This document shows, piece after piece, positions 35,241 to 45,452 of a stretch of DNA of 64,000 nucleotides. The translations under genes were made by a program, and so were the position numbers. Location of the stretch: NCBI GenBank assembly GCA_041617795.1, contig JBFJOD010000002.1:1189-65188 (forward strand). Reading direction: 5' to 3'. How positions within the stretch are numbered: position 1 is the first letter of the stretch; every line of letters begins with the position of its first letter. The stretch is from Gemmatimonadota bacterium (GTDB lineage: Bacteria > Gemmatimonadota > Gemmatimonadetes > Palauibacterales > KS3-K002). Under the pieces are notes generated by a model. It did no database searches. It was given only the letters and a program-made list of their open reading frames with translations, and was not told the origin of the DNA.

Positions 35241-35501
35241 GACGCGCGCGTCTGGCGATCCGTGAATCTTCCTCTCCCTCGCTGTTTTCGTTTGACGTGG
35301 GTTCCTGCAAGCGCCAGCCGGTCAGGCAGCTAAGATCTCGTACTCTGCCAAACCTTACAAGGCCTCAGCCGGGTTGCTGGCCGACGGTTCTGAGTTGGCT
35401 GTTTCTTGGTCGGGAAGATACTGTAGACCGAAGTGATCAGATTGAGAGGATGCGTTGACCCACAGGGTCAGAATCTTTGGAGGTACGGCAGGGTTGCCCG
35501 G

Positions 35502-35933
35502 CTAGGTGCAGCCGACGATCCCTTCGCCAGCCAAAGGTATGCCCGCCGGCGCCGTGGCGGTGCCGAAGTAGACCGCGCATTCGTAAGTGGTATTCGCGTG
35601 AGTCGCCTTGGCGCTCCAGCCGTTGCCGGCGACTTCGAGGATCTCTAGCAGGACGGAGGGCGAGATATTCATCCCCAGGTCGGTCAAAGTGCCTGTGTAG
35701 GCGAAGTTCCTTTCGAAATAAGCCTCCTGCGCCGAGACTAGGTTGCGCAAGTCAGCCTGCATCGCCGCGCGCGCGGCCTTCTCGCGCGAGCGCGTGAAGC
35801 GTGGCAGGGCTATGGTAACCAGCAGCCCGATGATCGTAATAACGACGAGAAGCTCAACGAGCGTGAAGCCCAACGAGCGGGCCTTAGGCGACCTGCGCAG
35901 TGACGCCCGTATTGCGTGGGTCCAACGAGTCAT
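35502..35933 (-). CDS. type IV pilin (PilA-like) with a long leader peptide
   Basis: ATG at 35933 (an in-frame TTG at 35948 is the alternative). ...KARSLG|FTLVELLVVITIIGLLVTIALPRF is a canonical class III signal with Phe at +1 and Glu at +5. The predicted leader is about 22 aa and the mature protein about 120 aa. Confidence 0.85.
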   Translation of the reverse strand: MTRWTHAIRASLRRSPKARSLGFTLVELLVVITIIGLLVTIALPRFTRSREKAARAAMQADLRNLVSAQEAYFERNFAYTGTLTDLGMNISPSVLLEILEVAGNGWSAKATHANTTYECAVYFGTATAPAGIPLAGEGIVGCT

Positions 35934-36000
35934 TGTCCATTCTCCCAAGCCCGGCCGCCACGAGGAGGCAAGTCGGCCGCTGATATCGCCTAGGCGTAGG

Positions 36001-36016
36001 GCAAGGTCTATGCCCT
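36001..36016 (-). promoter_or_regulatory. sigma-54-like -24/-12 element upstream of the pilin gene (embedded in a palindrome)
   Basis: The minus strand reads GGGCAT-AGACC-TTGCC against the consensus TGGCAC-N5-TTGCW, about 70 nt upstream of the pilin ATG. The same bases form a perfect inverted repeat TAGGGCA-N7-TGCCCTA (35997-36017). Confidence 0.3.
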
Positions 36017-36275
36017 AGGGATGGCAAGCGTAAGTGTATGTCAAACAAATAGATATGGCTTCAGCCAGCGCGGAGCGTCGTTCGAAAGACCGCATTATGC
36101 AATGGCTACGGCGCTCTGCACGAGTCATTGTGACCGATAGGAAGTGACTCCGTGGCTAAGCCTTGGTCGCATTGTGGCGCTGCCAGCGGCTGTGCAAAGT
36201 CGGGCGAGTCGTGCGTCTGGAGAATATGGAATTAGCCCGCCGAGGTTAACGCAGGTGTCGACATTGGAGGATGCA

Positions 36276-37499
36276 ATGCAAACGGTGAGTTCTTGGGGAA
36301 CAGCGGCGCTGATGATCCTGCTACCGGTGAGTGCCGCGGTGGTGAAACCTGTCGGTGTGCCGGCCTTGGCTCCGCCGCCGAGCCTGACGATCTACTCGGG
36401 CAACCTGGCGCTGGTGCGCCAGGAAGTCGACCGGGCCCTCGAACCGGGAGAGCATACGATTCGGATTGATGGTTTGCCTACGAATCTCGATCACGCGAGC
36501 CTGATGGTGCTGAACGAGGACGTGACGCTGTTAGGGGTGCACAGCTTTCGAAGTTATCAAGATGCGACATCGGGCCCCGGTGCTTCGGTCGATATCGATG
36601 TCCGTGTTGCAAAGCGTCTGACCAGCGTGAAGCTGGCGTTCCTCACCAGCGGCCTCAACTGGTCGGCAGACTACGCGCTACTTGTCGCCGGCGATGACCG
36701 CGCAGCCCGGGTCGACGGCTACGCGACCGTGGTCAACGGGTCTGGCACCTCCTATGAGAGTGCGGAAGTCCAACTGCTGGCCGGGACCATTCAGGGCGGT
36801 GGTGGTCGCTATAGAGGAGACGATTTTCGCGATGCTCGAGCGATGGCCCTCGAATCGGCTGCCGCGCCCTCGCTAGAGCAAGTCGCGTTTGCCGACTACC
36901 ACATCTATACGGTTTCGAGCCCGCTGTCGCTTCGTGCCGGAGAATCGCGGCGGATCCGGCTGCTGGGAGCTGGCTCGGTCCGCACCATCAAGGAATACAT
37001 CTTCAGTCACAGCGTGAACATTCACCAGCAGCTGGCAGAGCCAGTCCGACAGCCCGTGACAGTGGGCTACCGGGTCGAGCGCCCCAAGGGCAGCGAATTT
37101 GGCGATTCGCCGCTTCCGGCTGGCCGTGTGCGAATTCTCAAGCGTGATGAAGCCGGACGTGCGCAATTGCTGGGTATCGCATCGATCGCGAACACGCCGG
37201 AGGCGGAAGAGTTGTGGCTCGGTACCGGCTATGCTTTTGACATAGTCGGCACGCGCCTACAAACGGACTACAAGCGCGAGGCGGGCAACGTTTACGAATC
37301 AGCCTGGAGAATCGAACTCAAGAACCGCGGCGACGCCGATGTGACCGTGCAGGTGATCGAACAGCTGAGCGGAGATTGGCGGGTCGTCGAGGCGAGTCAC
37401 CCTCATGAGAAGCTGTCGGCCGGAGCGGCTCGGTTCTTGGTCAAGGTCGCTGCTGGTGGTGACGCGGTCATGGAGTATCGAGTCTCGGTGCGGACCTGA
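36276..37499 (+). CDS. DUF4139 domain-containing protein
   Basis: I trimmed the ORF to the ATG at 36276, which has GGAGG 6 nt upstream, giving a signal peptide MQTVSSWGTAALMILLPVSAAVV. LTIYSGNLALVRQE..., LNWSADYALLV and VDGYATVVNGSGTSYE fit my recollection of DUF4139 proteins. Confidence 0.7.
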   Translation: MQTVSSWGTAALMILLPVSAAVVKPVGVPALAPPPSLTIYSGNLALVRQEVDRALEPGEHTIRIDGLPTNLDHASLMVLNEDVTLLGVHSFRSYQDATSGPGASVDIDVRVAKRLTSVKLAFLTSGLNWSADYALLVAGDDRAARVDGYATVVNGSGTSYESAEVQLLAGTIQGGGGRYRGDDFRDARAMALESAAAPSLEQVAFADYHIYTVSSPLSLRAGESRRIRLLGAGSVRTIKEYIFSHSVNIHQQLAEPVRQPVTVGYRVERPKGSEFGDSPLPAGRVRILKRDEAGRAQLLGIASIANTPEAEELWLGTGYAFDIVGTRLQTDYKREAGNVYESAWRIELKNRGDADVTVQVIEQLSGDWRVVEASHPHEKLSAGAARFLVKVAAGGDAVMEYRVSVRT

Positions 37500-37711
37500 C
37501 TTTGCCGCGACTGGCGACCCACGGATGGCCGAAGCCGCGATTAGTTGCCCCGGCACGAGCGGCCGAAATCGAGGGGTGGCGGGGGGCCGCAACCCGACGT
37601 TGACAGCGGACCAGAGCCCGGATAACCTCAGTTTTCGCGATCCGGGCAGTAGGTGAGCCGGAGTTTGGGGGCTGCTGTCGACCAGCGGCGGTAAGTCGAA
37701 GAAGGCGAGTC

Positions 37712-37903
37712 ATGGTTCAGGTTACGGTCAACGAGGGAGACGATCTCGAGCGCGTGCTAAGACGCTTCAAGCGTCAGGTACAAAAAGCCGGGATTTTCAC
37801 TGATCTCAAGCGCAAAAAGCACTACGAGAAGCCCAGCGAGACACGCAAGCGGAAGCGCAACGCCGCACGACGTCGCAGCCGCCGCAACCGGCGTAGCAAG
37901 TAA
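37712..37903 (+). CDS. rpsU: 30S ribosomal protein S21
   Basis: 63 aa. [32 protein letters not shown]...RK is the conserved S21 sequence pattern. Confidence 0.95.
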   Translation: MVQVTVNEGDDLERVLRRFKRQVQKAGIFTDLKRKKHYEKPSETRKRKRNAARRRSRRNRRSK

Positions 37904-38085
37904 AGCCGTCGATTTCCCGCCAGTCTCACCCTCTAGGTTTCTGACGTGCCCGGGGTCGCCGCTTCCCAGCGACGCGAGCGATTGACACCATTGAGACCCC
38001 GTTCCGCGTATTCACAAGACTCCCACGCGCCCAGCCCCAGGCTCTCGAAGTTACGTGACCGCAGCCAGCCGTGTATCTTTTTCAC

Positions 38086-39483
38086 ATGAGCCAAGTTCGA
38101 CCGAATGGGCCAGACGCCAGCGAGGAGCTGACCCAACGTTTTGAGCGGCACCTGAGCCGAAGTGCGCTGCTTCGGCCGGGCTCGGCGGTCACCGTCGCGA
38201 TTTCCGGCGGCATCGACTCGGTCGTATTGCTCGATTTGCTGGTTAGGCTGCGGCCGGCTTGGAATTGGCGTCTCAGCGCCGCGCACTTCGACCATGCCAT
38301 GCGGCCCGGCAGCGGGGAGGATGCGGCGTGGGTGCGCTCGCTGTGCCAGCAGCTGGGTATCCCTTGTTTAGTTGGTAGACCGGCGGGCAGGCCCGCGAAT
38401 GAGACTGAGGCCAGGCGGCTGCGCTACGATTTTCTGCTGCGAGCCAGAAGCGAGCTGCAAGGAGAACTGCTGGCAACCGCCCACCAGGCGGATGACCAGG
38501 CGGAGACCGTTCTGTTCCGCTTGCTCCGCGGCAGCGGGCTGGCCGGGCTGGCTGGCATTCCCGAGCGGCGGAACCCGAACGTCATCCGCCCCCTGTTGCC
38601 CTTCTGGCGCGAGGAGATCGAGGCTCATGCGGGGGCGGCGGGCCTGCGGTTCCGAACGGACCCGACGAATGCCGATGTGACGATCAGCCGAAATCGCCTC
38701 AGAAACCAGGTCATCCCACAAATCGAGTCAAACGGTCGACCCCAGTTCCGACGGCAGCTGCGGCGAATCGCGGGCCTGGCGTCCCGCGCGTCGCGGGCGG
38801 TGGATAGACGGTTAGAGCCCGTGCTCGGGGAACTGATCCTCGAAGCGTCGGAAAGCCGTGTAATAGTTGCACGTACGGGATTGCTGGCCTATGATACGCG
38901 CGTGCGGTCACACCTTCTTCGTGCGCTCGCCGCACGCGTCGGCCCTCGCCCTGGCAGGGTCGGAACGTGCGTCGCACTTGAGTTTACTAACACAGGTTCA
39001 AGCGGGCGCGCGATCGACCTCCCCGGGGGTGTCGTACTTCGCCGCGAGTTCGAGCGACTGATTATCGAGCGGCGGCGTCAGACGGAAGATGCCGGCGACA
39101 TCGAACTGGTTCTCCGCAGGGCGGCGAGCGGCGCGTCGAATGCTAGAATCGCTGGTATCGACTGGCGAGTCCGCTGGACGCTGGGTCGGCTAGAAGACGG
39201 TGGGGAAGGCGATCTTGAATCTGCCAGCTTCAATCTCTCCGAACTGCAATTCCCGCTCACGGTGCGAGGTTGGCGCCCTGGTGATCGGATTCGGTCAGGC
39301 GCGGGCACAAGGAAGCTCAAGCGAGTGTTCGGCGATAGGAAGGTAGGACTATCTGAGCGGAAGAGTTATCCGCTGGTCGCAGATGCTGGCGGCGTGCTCT
39401 GGGTTGTAGGCTTGATGCGAGGCACGCGTGCTGCGGCCGTCGAGGATGAGGCCTTGTCCATCTGGTTCGAGCGCGATCGATGA
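38086..39483 (+). CDS. tilS: tRNA(Ile)-lysidine synthetase
   Basis: PP-loop motif AISGGIDSVVLLDLL. The sequence HFDHAMRPGSGEDAAWV and a C-terminal TilS substrate-binding region (RPGDRIRSGAGTRKLKRVF) are present. The start is either ATG 38086 or the in-frame GTG at 38071. Confidence 0.9.
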   Translation: MSQVRPNGPDASEELTQRFERHLSRSALLRPGSAVTVAISGGIDSVVLLDLLVRLRPAWNWRLSAAHFDHAMRPGSGEDAAWVRSLCQQLGIPCLVGRPAGRPANETEARRLRYDFLLRARSELQGELLATAHQADDQAETVLFRLLRGSGLAGLAGIPERRNPNVIRPLLPFWREEIEAHAGAAGLRFRTDPTNADVTISRNRLRNQVIPQIESNGRPQFRRQLRRIAGLASRASRAVDRRLEPVLGELILEASESRVIVARTGLLAYDTRVRSHLLRALAARVGPRPGRVGTCVALEFTNTGSSGRAIDLPGGVVLRREFERLIIERRRQTEDAGDIELVLRRAASGASNARIAGIDWRVRWTLGRLEDGGEGDLESASFNLSELQFPLTVRGWRPGDRIRSGAGTRKLKRVFGDRKVGLSERKSYPLVADAGGVLWVVGLMRGTRAAAVEDEALSIWFERDR

Positions 39484-40046
39484 GTGGGGTCACGACGCAG
39501 TACCCGGGGATTCAACGCGTCGTCTTCTCGGAAGAGGAGATCGCATCACGGGTCCGCGAAATGGGACGCGAGATCGATGCCTACTATGATCCCGGGGACG
39601 AGCTGCTGGTGATCGGACTGCTGAAGGGTGCCTTCATGTTCACCAGCGACCTCGTCAGGGCGATTGAGCGTCCAGCCTTGAGAATCGACTTCGTGGTCGC
39701 GTCGCTTTACGGTGAGGGGTGGGACGCGAGCGGCGAAGTTCAGCTGGTGCATGACGTGCGGACGGAGATCGAAGCTCGCCATGTGCTGGTGGTCGAGGAT
39801 GTCGTCGACAGCGGAAAGACGCTGAGCCGCGTCTGTGATCGCTTGCTGCTGCGGTCGCCTCGCTCGCTGGAAGTTTGCGCCTTGCTGCACAAGCACCTCG
39901 CCCGCGATCTGCGCTACGAGCCACGCTGGGTCGGCTTCTCGGCGCCGCCTGACTGGTTGGTGGGTTACGGATTGGACTTGGGAGAGCGGTACCGGCACCT
40001 GCCTTTTGTCGGTGCCCTCGTTTCTGAATACGAAAGAGGTCTATAG
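39480..40046 (+). CDS. hpt: hypoxanthine phosphoribosyltransferase
   Basis: 188 aa. LLVIGLLKGAFMFTSDL and the PRPP-binding loop VLVVEDVVDSGKTL are present. It overlaps the tilS stop by 4 nt. Confidence 0.93.
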   Translation: MSGVTTQYPGIQRVVFSEEEIASRVREMGREIDAYYDPGDELLVIGLLKGAFMFTSDLVRAIERPALRIDFVVASLYGEGWDASGEVQLVHDVRTEIEARHVLVVEDVVDSGKTLSRVCDRLLLRSPRSLEVCALLHKHLARDLRYEPRWVGFSAPPDWLVGYGLDLGERYRHLPFVGALVSEYERGL

Positions 40047-40047
40047 G

Positions 40048-42087
40048 ATGCCGGATATTGATCCGAAGCGCGGTGAGCAGCAGCCACGTTGGGCGCGGAT
40101 GTCGCGCAGCCTGGCCTTCTGGGCACTGGTCATCATGGTGCCGCTCATCATCATACAGGTCGTCGGTTCGAACCGTCGGGACGTTCAGGAGCTTAGCTAC
40201 ACCGAATTCATCCGGGAGCTGGAGCAGGGCAACGTCTCAAAAGTCATCGTCATCGATGGTAAGGAGCTGGAAGGTGAGCTCCGGGCCCCCGTCGGAGCCG
40301 GCACGAAGCCCGGCAAGGAGTTCTGGACCAAGCTACCGGTCTGGCACAGCGAGGACCTGCTGAAGAAGCTCGAGGCCAGCGACATCGTAATCGAAGCGGA
40401 GGAAGCCCGACTCAACTGGTGGAATGTACTGGTCGGGGTTCTGCCCTGGATTCTCATCTTCGCGGTGATGCTGTTCTGGCTCCGGCAGATGCAAGCGGGT
40501 GGTGCGCGCGCCTTCTCGTTCGGAAAATCGAAAGCGAAGCTGTTATCGGGTGACACTCCGAAAGTCACATTCGCCGATGTTGCCGGGTGCGACGAGGCGA
40601 AGGAGGAACTGCAGGAAACCATCGAGTTCTTGAAGGATCCCTCCAGGTTCACCCGCTTGGGCGGACGGTTGCCGAAGGGTGCGCTGCTGGTCGGACCTCC
40701 CGGTACCGGCAAGACGCTGCTGGCGCGCGCAGTCGCCGGCGAAGCGTCGCGACCCTTCTTCAGCATGTCCGGCTCCGATTTCGTAGAGATGTTCGTCGGG
40801 GTCGGCGCCTCGCGGGTGCGCGATCTGTTCGAGCAGGGGAAAGCGCATGCGCCCTGCATCATCTTCATCGATGAGCTCGACGCCGTCGGCCGGCACCGTG
40901 GGGCGGGTCTGGGTGGAGGGCACGATGAGCGAGAGCAGACGCTGAACCAGCTACTGGTCGAGATGGATGGGTTCGAGTCGAACGAAGGAGTGATATTGGT
41001 TGCGGCGACGAACCGGCCCGATGTTCTAGACCCGGCGTTGCTGCGCCCGGGTCGCTTCGACCGGCAGATCGTTGTGGACGCACCCGACGTCAAAGGCCGC
41101 GAGGGGATTCTGGCGGTGCATACCCGCAAGATTCCGCTCGCCGAAGATGTTGAGCTCTCCAAACTGGCCCGGGCGACCCCGGGCATGAGCGGAGCTGACC
41201 TTGCCAATCTGGTCAATGAGGGCGCACTGCTGGCCGCTCGGCGAGACAAGGACCGCGTCGAGATGACCGATCTTGAGGAGGCCAAGGACCGGGTTCTGCT
41301 CGGTGCTGAGCGTCGCAGCATGGTGATCAGCGACGAGGAACGCCGCCTCAGCGCTTACCACGAGGCGGGTCATGCGGTGGCTGCCGCTATGACTCCCGAG
41401 TGCGACCCGCTGCACAAAGTCACCATCGTGCCGCGCGGCCGGGCGCTAGGACTGACCTTCGCGATGCCGGAGGATGACCGCCATAGCTACTCGAAGGCTT
41501 ATCTCAGCGCTCAGCTTGTTTACGCCTTCGGCGGCCGAGTCGCGGAAGAGCTGATCTTTGGTCCCGAAATGATCACCACGGGAGCGGGGAACGACATTGA
41601 GCGTGCGACGGCGCTGGCTCGTCGAATGGTGACCGAATGGGGAATGTCTGACGCCATCGGTCCCATGAACGTCGGCGATCGCGGTGAGGAAATCTTCTTG
41701 GGCCGCGAGATCGTCGAGCGCCGCGGTGTGAGCGAGCAGTTAGCGCAGCGGGTCGACGATGAGGTCAGGGTGTTGTTGGACATTGGCTTTAACGAGGCGA
41801 AGAAGGTGATCTCTGCCAACCTCGACAAGTTGCACGTGTTGGCAAACGCGCTGCTCGAGCGTGAGACACTGGATGCGGATGATATCACTGCCGTGTTCGA
41901 GGGCAGGGAATTGCCGCCGCTACCGGTGGCTGAGCCGGCCAAGGAGGCGGGACCGGTTGGCAAGCCTGTCGCGGAGGGCGCCTCCGGAAAGCGGGAAAAC
42001 GTGGGACGAGAGATCGGGGGTCTCAAGCCTGCGACATCGTTCGAGGGCACCAAGGGCGTGACAAAGGAACCCGAGACGCCGCGATGA
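40048..42087 (+). CDS. ftsH: ATP-dependent zinc metalloprotease FtsH
   Basis: I trimmed the ORF to the ATG at 40048. Two TM segments, AAA+ Walker [14 protein letters not shown], Walker [31 protein letters not shown] and the zinc site HEAGHA are present. Confidence 0.97.
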   Translation: MPDIDPKRGEQQPRWARMSRSLAFWALVIMVPLIIIQVVGSNRRDVQELSYTEFIRELEQGNVSKVIVIDGKELEGELRAPVGAGTKPGKEFWTKLPVWHSEDLLKKLEASDIVIEAEEARLNWWNVLVGVLPWILIFAVMLFWLRQMQAGGARAFSFGKSKAKLLSGDTPKVTFADVAGCDEAKEELQETIEFLKDPSRFTRLGGRLPKGALLVGPPGTGKTLLARAVAGEASRPFFSMSGSDFVEMFVGVGASRVRDLFEQGKAHAPCIIFIDELDAVGRHRGAGLGGGHDEREQTLNQLLVEMDGFESNEGVILVAATNRPDVLDPALLRPGRFDRQIVVDAPDVKGREGILAVHTRKIPLAEDVELSKLARATPGMSGADLANLVNEGALLAARRDKDRVEMTDLEEAKDRVLLGAERRSMVISDEERRLSAYHEAGHAVAAAMTPECDPLHKVTIVPRGRALGLTFAMPEDDRHSYSKAYLSAQLVYAFGGRVAEELIFGPEMITTGAGNDIERATALARRMVTEWGMSDAIGPMNVGDRGEEIFLGREIVERRGVSEQLAQRVDDEVRVLLDIGFNEAKKVISANLDKLHVLANALLERETLDADDITAVFEGRELPPLPVAEPAKEAGPVGKPVAEGASGKRENVGREIGGLKPATSFEGTKGVTKEPETPR

Positions 42088-42992
42088 CAGAGGAGCGGAT
42101 GGCGGGCCAGGCGGTCGCCGTCTCTCATGATGGCAGGGCGGAGGCTTGGCGGACCTCGCGTCGAATCATCGATCTGACGAGACCGGTCGTGATGGGTGTC
42201 CTGAACATCACGCCGGATTCCTTTTCCGACGGTGGCCGCTATTTCCGTCGCGAGGCGGCACGGCGGCGACTACAGGAACTGCAAGCAGCTGGAGCAGACA
42301 TCATCGACATCGGTGGTGAGTCGACGCGTCCCGGTTCCTCGGCGGTCGAAGAGCAAGCGGAAATGCAGCGAGTGCTTCCGATCGTCGAGGCGGCTTCTGC
42401 CCTTGTCGATGTCGCCGTATCGATCGACACCACCAAAGCGAATGTTGCCCGAGCAGCTCTGGACGCGGGTGCCGAGATCATCAACGACATTTCGGGTCTG
42501 AGGTTCGATCCCGCGATTGCCGGGCTGGCGGCGAAGAGCCGGGCGGGTCTGGTGCTCATGCACATCCGCGGTCGGCCGCGAACCATGCAGACCGACATTC
42601 ACTACGACGATCTGCTGGGTGAGGTAGCGAGCGAACTGCGAGCTTCGCTAGAGAACGCTCTGTCCGCCGGTTGCCACAGGGAGCAACTGGTCGTGGACCC
42701 CGGGATCGGTTTCGGAAAGACAGCCGCGCAGAATCTGGTTCTGATCAATCAGCTTGGTGCACTGACGGAGCTCGGCTGCCCGGTCCTGGTGGGGCCGTCG
42801 AACAAGTCGTTCATCGGCAAGACGCTGGGGCTCGATGTCGGGGATCGTCTGGAGGCGACGCTGTCAGCGTGCGTCATCGCGCTACTACGGGGAGCGCGGA
42901 TATTCAGAGTACACGACGTGAGGGCGGCCCGGCGGGCACTCGATATGGCGGAGGCCATAATCAGGCAGGAGAGCGGTGCAGACGCTAATTGA
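42084..42992 (+). CDS. folP: dihydropteroate synthase
   Basis: VMGVLNITPDSFSDGG, DIGGESTRPG, GLVLMH and DPGIGFGK are pterin-binding domain motifs. An ATGA overlaps the ftsH stop. Confidence 0.93.
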   Translation: MTEERMAGQAVAVSHDGRAEAWRTSRRIIDLTRPVVMGVLNITPDSFSDGGRYFRREAARRRLQELQAAGADIIDIGGESTRPGSSAVEEQAEMQRVLPIVEAASALVDVAVSIDTTKANVARAALDAGAEIINDISGLRFDPAIAGLAAKSRAGLVLMHIRGRPRTMQTDIHYDDLLGEVASELRASLENALSAGCHREQLVVDPGIGFGKTAAQNLVLINQLGALTELGCPVLVGPSNKSFIGKTLGLDVGDRLEATLSACVIALLRGARIFRVHDVRAARRALDMAEAIIRQESGADAN

Positions 42993-43839
42993 GCGGATCA
43001 GCTTCCTGAAGCCGGGATTCTGGGACCTGCTCCAGATCGTGGTGGTGGCCTACCTATTCTACCGGCTACTCCTGCTCTGGGCCGGGACGCGCGCCTTGCA
43101 GATGCTGGTCGGTCTGATCGTGCTGTTCGCCATCTGGGGGCTTGCCGCCCTGCTCCAGCTCGAGCTGATCTATCGCTTGCTGGAGTTCGTCTTCACCTAC
43201 GGAGCGCTGGCCGCGATCATCGTTTTCCAGCCGGAGCTGCGGAGCGCCCTGACCCGCTTGGGTCACAACCGATTCTGGCGACGTTTCTCTCGACCCGAGC
43301 AGACATCGGAGACCGTGCAGGTCTTGGTACATGCGGCGGAAATCTTGGCGCGCAAACGGATCGGAGCGATCATCGCAACGGAGCGAGAGGTGGGCTTAGA
43401 GGAGTATGCCCGTCGGGGCTCTCCGGTCGAGGCGCCGCTGTCGCCGGAGTTGCTCGAGGCCATCTTCACGCGCTACGGACCGCTGCACGACGGCGCCGTC
43501 GTCATCCGGGGCGACACGATTCTGGCGGCGCGCTGTATCCTGCCGCTGACCCAATTCCCGGTTACCGACCGGACCCTAGGGACACGCCACCGTGCTGCGA
43601 TCGGGCTTTCGGAAGAGACCGATGCCGTGGTGATCGTCGTCTCGGAGGAGACCGGGGCGATCTCGCTGGCCCAGCGCGGGCGTTTGGACCGGAATATCGG
43701 GCCCGACCGCCTGCGCGAGGCGCTGGGAGCCAAGCCGGCGCCGCGAGTGCCGACGGCTGCGGCGGCGGCGGCGACGGCGGGCAAACCGGCGGCCAGCGGA
43801 GAGCTGAGTCTCGTTGACAGAAGCTCCCCAGCCCCCTAG
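42976..43839 (+). CDS. cdaA: diadenylate cyclase CdaA (membrane-anchored DAC domain)
   Basis: GTG start. Three N-terminal TM helices are followed by the DAC domain (GAIIATERE..., PLHDGAVVIRGD, LGTRHRAAIGLSEETDAVVIVVSEETG). Confidence 0.9.
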   Translation: MQTLIERISFLKPGFWDLLQIVVVAYLFYRLLLLWAGTRALQMLVGLIVLFAIWGLAALLQLELIYRLLEFVFTYGALAAIIVFQPELRSALTRLGHNRFWRRFSRPEQTSETVQVLVHAAEILARKRIGAIIATEREVGLEEYARRGSPVEAPLSPELLEAIFTRYGPLHDGAVVIRGDTILAARCILPLTQFPVTDRTLGTRHRAAIGLSEETDAVVIVVSEETGAISLAQRGRLDRNIGPDRLREALGAKPAPRVPTAAAAAATAGKPAASGELSLVDRSSPAP

Positions 43840-43904
43840 TCTTTTGCCGGGTAGATCATCATCAAATAACGGGTCGCTGGGTCCCAGCAACGGCGAGGTT
43901 CGCA

Positions 43905-44558
43905 TTGCAAACGGAAGCCCAATACGCTCTGCTTGAGCTATTCCGGGATGGCGGCATAATGATGTACTTCCTCGTGCTGGCCTCGCTGCTGGCGCTCGGG
44001 GTCATCATCGCCAAGGGTTACATTCTCTATGTGGCTCATCGCGAGAGCAAGCGGCTGCTCGAACAGTTGAAGGAGCGCCCCAAAGGGCCAGGTCAGCTCG
44101 AATCGGCGATCCTGCTGGCCGACGAGACCGAAGGCCCGGTGGCCGCGATCATGTCCTCTGGCCTGCGACGGGTGCGTGAGCGCGGGCACAGCGACAAGGA
44201 CATCGAGAAAGCGATTACGACCACTGGCTCGATCGAGCTCGGGTTCCTTGAGCGGGGACTGGTCCTGCTGGCCACGGTGGCCAACGTCGCCCCGATGATG
44301 GGGTTCCTTGGCACGGTAGCCGGGATGATCGTTGCATTTGGAGCAGTGGCCGAGGCGGGTCAAATCGAAGCATCGCTAGTTGCCGGCGGCATCAAAGTGG
44401 CGTTGATCACGACAGCCGCCGGTCTGACGATCGCGATACCCGTCAACATCGCCTACAACTTCTTCGTCTCGCGGATCGACACGTTGATACTGGACATGGA
44501 GCGAGGCGCGGAGGCCGTGATGGATATGACGCCGCCGCCGTCCGCTGCGGCGAGGTAG
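43905..44558 (+). CDS. exbB: MotA/TolQ/ExbB proton channel family protein
   Basis: 217 aa with three TM segments. LATVANVAPMMGFLGTVAGMI is the conserved channel motif. The TTG start is uncertain (in-frame ATG at 43959). Confidence 0.85.
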   Translation: MQTEAQYALLELFRDGGIMMYFLVLASLLALGVIIAKGYILYVAHRESKRLLEQLKERPKGPGQLESAILLADETEGPVAAIMSSGLRRVRERGHSDKDIEKAITTTGSIELGFLERGLVLLATVANVAPMMGFLGTVAGMIVAFGAVAEAGQIEASLVAGGIKVALITTAAGLTIAIPVNIAYNFFVSRIDTLILDMERGAEAVMDMTPPPSAAAR

Positions 44559-44567
44559 AGGTGGCCC

Positions 44568-44993
44568 ATGGCTATTCTGGAACGAAAAAGCAAAGTCAGC
44601 GACGAGATCCCCACGGCATCAATGGCGGATATCGCGTTCCTCCTGCTCATCTTCTTCTTGACGACGACGGTTTTCGAGGAGGAGAAAGGGTTGCCGATCG
44701 TCTTGCCGGAAGCGTCGGCTGAAGAGGTACAGGTTTCGCAAAAGAACATCATCCACTTTCTGGTCCGCGAGGACGGGTCAGTGGTGATCCGCAGAGGTGA
44801 GAGCACGGCGGAGCAAGTCGTGCCATACAGCGAGATCGAAGGCATCATGCGTCAGGAGATCGCCAACAACCCGGAGATCATCGCAGCGGTCAAGACCGCG
44901 CCCGATGCTCCTTACCGCCACATGATCAACGTTCTGGATGAGTTGCAGACGGCGGCGGCTCAACGGATCTCGTTGCAGCTCTGGGAGAGGTAA
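44568..44993 (+). CDS. exbD: ExbD/TolR family biopolymer transport protein
   Basis: 141 aa. IPTASMADIAFLLLIFFLTTTVF is the characteristic ExbD N-terminal TM segment. Confidence 0.88.
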   Translation: MAILERKSKVSDEIPTASMADIAFLLLIFFLTTTVFEEEKGLPIVLPEASAEEVQVSQKNIIHFLVREDGSVVIRRGESTAEQVVPYSEIEGIMRQEIANNPEIIAAVKTAPDAPYRHMINVLDELQTAAAQRISLQLWER

Positions 44994-44998
44994 GCGAG

Positions 44999-45448
44999 AT
45001 GGCAAAGAAGAGCGGAGGTTTCGAACGGAAATCGAAAGCGGCCAGCGAGATCCCCACGGCTTCGATGGCAGACATTGCTTTCCTGCTGCTGATCTTCTTC
45101 ATGGTGTCGACGACCTTCCGGAGAGAACAGGATCGCAAGCTGACGTTCCCGAAGGCGGAAGCCACTCAGAAAGTCGACGAACGGCGAAAGAACATCCTTC
45201 ACGTCTGGATCGAACCGGACGGCGAGGTGTATATTAATGATAGGCTGGTCCCGATGGACAACGTGGCGGAGTTCGTGCTGCCCCTGTATCGGGAAAGCGA
45301 TCGCCGTTTGATGGTTGCCCTTCGCGGTGATCGTGAAGTGCCGTACCGGTATATAAACTCCGTCACCGAGCAGCTGCGAAGGGCAAACGCGGTACGGGTG
45401 TTTTTCCACACCGACCTCGAGAGTCGGCTTACGCGCGAGAGGAGGTAG
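44999..45448 (+). CDS. exbD: ExbD/TolR family biopolymer transport protein (second copy)
   Basis: 149 aa. IPTASMADIAFLLLIFFMVSTTF is a paralogue of the preceding gene. Confidence 0.88.
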   Translation: MAKKSGGFERKSKAASEIPTASMADIAFLLLIFFMVSTTFRREQDRKLTFPKAEATQKVDERRKNILHVWIEPDGEVYINDRLVPMDNVAEFVLPLYRESDRRLMVALRGDREVPYRYINSVTEQLRRANAVRVFFHTDLESRLTRERR

Positions 45449-45452
45449 GGCC

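Noticed and set aside
37600-37628. Possible sigma-70 promoter for rpsU (perfect TTGACA, 17-nt spacer, TAACCT).
   Set aside because: The -10 match is weak (3 of 6) and alternative spacings are worse. It is not strong enough to list as a feature.
39835-40047. N-terminal extensions of the tracked ORFs for ftsH. The same issue applies to the DinB gene (11888..12109), rluD (52489..52536), cheW (53330..53614), hutH (23511..23570), qor (30032..30142), DUF4139 (36144..36275) and the NmrA-like gene (19021..19107).
   Set aside because: The extensions overlap upstream genes or are Cys/Arg-rich nonsense. Internal starts with Shine-Dalgarno-like sequences reproduce the conserved family N-termini.
43740-43800. 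GCG/GCC-rich simple repeat (gcggcggcggcggcgacggcgg).
   Set aside because: It lies inside the cdaA reading frame and encodes an Ala-rich C-terminal tail (TAAAAAATAGKPAA). This is a low-complexity coding sequence, not a repeat element or array.
38086-43839. The tilS-hpt-ftsH-folP-cdaA gene string as something unusual.
   Set aside because: tilS-hpt-ftsH (often followed by folP) is a widely conserved housekeeping arrangement. The overlapping starts and stops reflect ordinary operon packing, and nothing here is unexplained.
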